Part shown: positions 38,756 to 39,886 of the stretch, in pieces
Layout: the number at the start of each line of letters is the position of its first letter
Position numbering within the stretch: position 1 is the first letter of the stretch
NCBI GenBank assembly: GCA_043753995.1
Contig: JAYUVP010000274.1
Span: 1-39,886 of the forward strand
Source: Fibrobacterota bacterium
Lineage (GTDB): Bacteria; Fibrobacterota; Fibrobacteria; UBA11236
Reading direction: 5' to 3'
DNA length: 39,886 nt
The notes under the pieces: model-generated
Database searches by the model: none
What the model was told of the DNA's origin: nothing
The model's input: the letters and a program-made list of their open reading frames with translations, nothing else
Program-made: the position numbers and the translations under genes

Positions 38756-39886
38756 ATGGTCCGCAGCAAGCCCAAGAAAGTTGTCACCGAAACCGATGAC
38801 GAAACAAAGGCACGAAAAGAGGCCTTTCAGGCCGCTTTTTTCCGTCATCTCCAATTTTCTCTCGGCAAAGACAAATACAGCGCCACTCCCTATGACAAGT
38901 ATTTGGCTGTGGCCTATGCCGTGCGCGACAAACTCATTGAAAAGTGGATCAAGACCCAGCAGACCTATTACCGCAAAGACGCGCGCCGGGTTTATTACCT
39001 GAGCATGGAATTCCTCATGGGCCGCACCTTGGGGAATGCCGTCATCAATCTCGGTCTGGAGCAAGTCATTGAAGACGCGCTTTACGATCTCTCCCTCGAC
39101 ATGGAAGATTTAAGCGAGTTGGAACAAGAAGCCGGCCTCGGCAATGGTGGCCTCGGTCGCTTGGCGGCTTGCTTTCTCGATTCCATGGCCACCTTGGAAT
39201 TGCCGGCCTATGGCTATGGCATTCGCTATGACTACGGCATGTTTCATCAAAAAATCAAGGGTGGCCAGCAGCAAGAGCATCCCGATGCCTGGCTGCAAAA
39301 AACCAATCCCTGGGAAATAGCCCGACCTGAATATACGGTGACGGTGCGCTTCAAAGGCCGAGTGGTCACGCGTAAGAATGCCCAAGGCCATGTTGTTTTC
39401 GAATGGGTCGATACCGAAGACGTGCTCGCTTGCCCCTATGACACGCCTATTCCCGGCTATGGCAATAATACCGTGAATACTTTGCGGCTTTGGTCGGCCA
39501 AGAGCGCCGACGAATTCGGCCTGCATTATTTCAATAGCGGCGACTATCTCGAAGCCAGCAAGGACATTGCCTTATCCGAGAGCATTTCCAAGGTGCTCTA
39601 TCCCAATGACAGCTCCATGAATGGAAAGGAATTGCGTCTCAAGCAGCAGTATTTCCTTTGTGCCTCGACCTTGGCCGATGTCTTGCGCCGCCACAAGAAG
39701 ATTCACAAGGATTGCAGTCGCTTGGCCGAAAAAGCCGCTCTGCAGCTCAATGATACCCATCCCACCATCGCCATTCCCGAACTGATGCGCTTGCTGGTCG
39801 ATGAGGAAGGCATGTCCTGGGAGCATGCCTGGGACATCACCAATCGAATTTTCGCCTATACCAATCACACGCTTTTGCCCGAGGCC
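38756..39886 (+). CDS. glgP: Glycogen/starch phosphorylase, truncated by the window end
   Basis: Absent from the ORF track (no stop); manual translation gives [59 protein letters not shown]. Confidence 0.96.
   Translation, partial: MVRSKPKKVVTETDDETKARKEAFQAAFFRHLQFSLGKDKYSATPYDKYLAVAYAVRDKLIEKWIKTQQTYYRKDARRVYYLSMEFLMGRTLGNAVINLGLEQVIEDALYDLSLDMEDLSELEQEAGLGNGGLGRLAACFLDSMATLELPAYGYGIRYDYGMFHQKIKGGQQQEHPDAWLQKTNPWEIARPEYTVTVRFKGRVVTRKNAQGHVVFEWVDTEDVLACPYDTPIPGYGNNTVNTLRLWSAKSADEFGLHYFNSGDYLEASKDIALSESISKVLYPNDSSMNGKELRLKQQYFLCASTLADVLRRHKKIHKDCSRLAEKAALQLNDTHPTIAIPELMRLLVDEEGMSWEHAWDITNRIFAYTNHTLLPEA

Overview
A GC-rich bacterial chromosomal segment, mostly housekeeping genes. A TIGR02147-type protein paired with a lipoprotein suggests Fibrobacterota (inference). 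Gene order: RidA family, ABC exporter (ATPase plus two permeases), UbiD-family decarboxylase, ung, geranylgeranyl-reductase-family oxidoreductase, TIGR02147 plus lipoprotein (AT-richer cassette), zwf, RlmI/K-like methyltransferase, two hypotheticals, a membrane Ser/Thr pseudokinase, gmhA, TPR protein, VanZ family, hypothetical, gyrA, surE, hisS, queF, serC, panC, folK-deoxynucleoside kinase fusion, rho, proC, a FecR-like protein with 16-aa repeats, a putative outer-membrane protein, an Hpt-REC-degenerate GGDEF-REC regulator, peroxiredoxin, a methyltransferase and a truncated glgP. I saw no rRNA, tRNA, CRISPR array or transposase. The most unusual non-coding signal is a family of structured intergenic repeats: four copies share a CTCGC-TCCGCA...GAGGACC-GCGAG core, and two of them are about 275 bp with compensatory and G-T changes. 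All four have the same orientation relative to the adjacent upstream gene. There is also a 163-bp MITE-like element with 19-bp terminal inverted repeats. All calls are by eye, without database searches.
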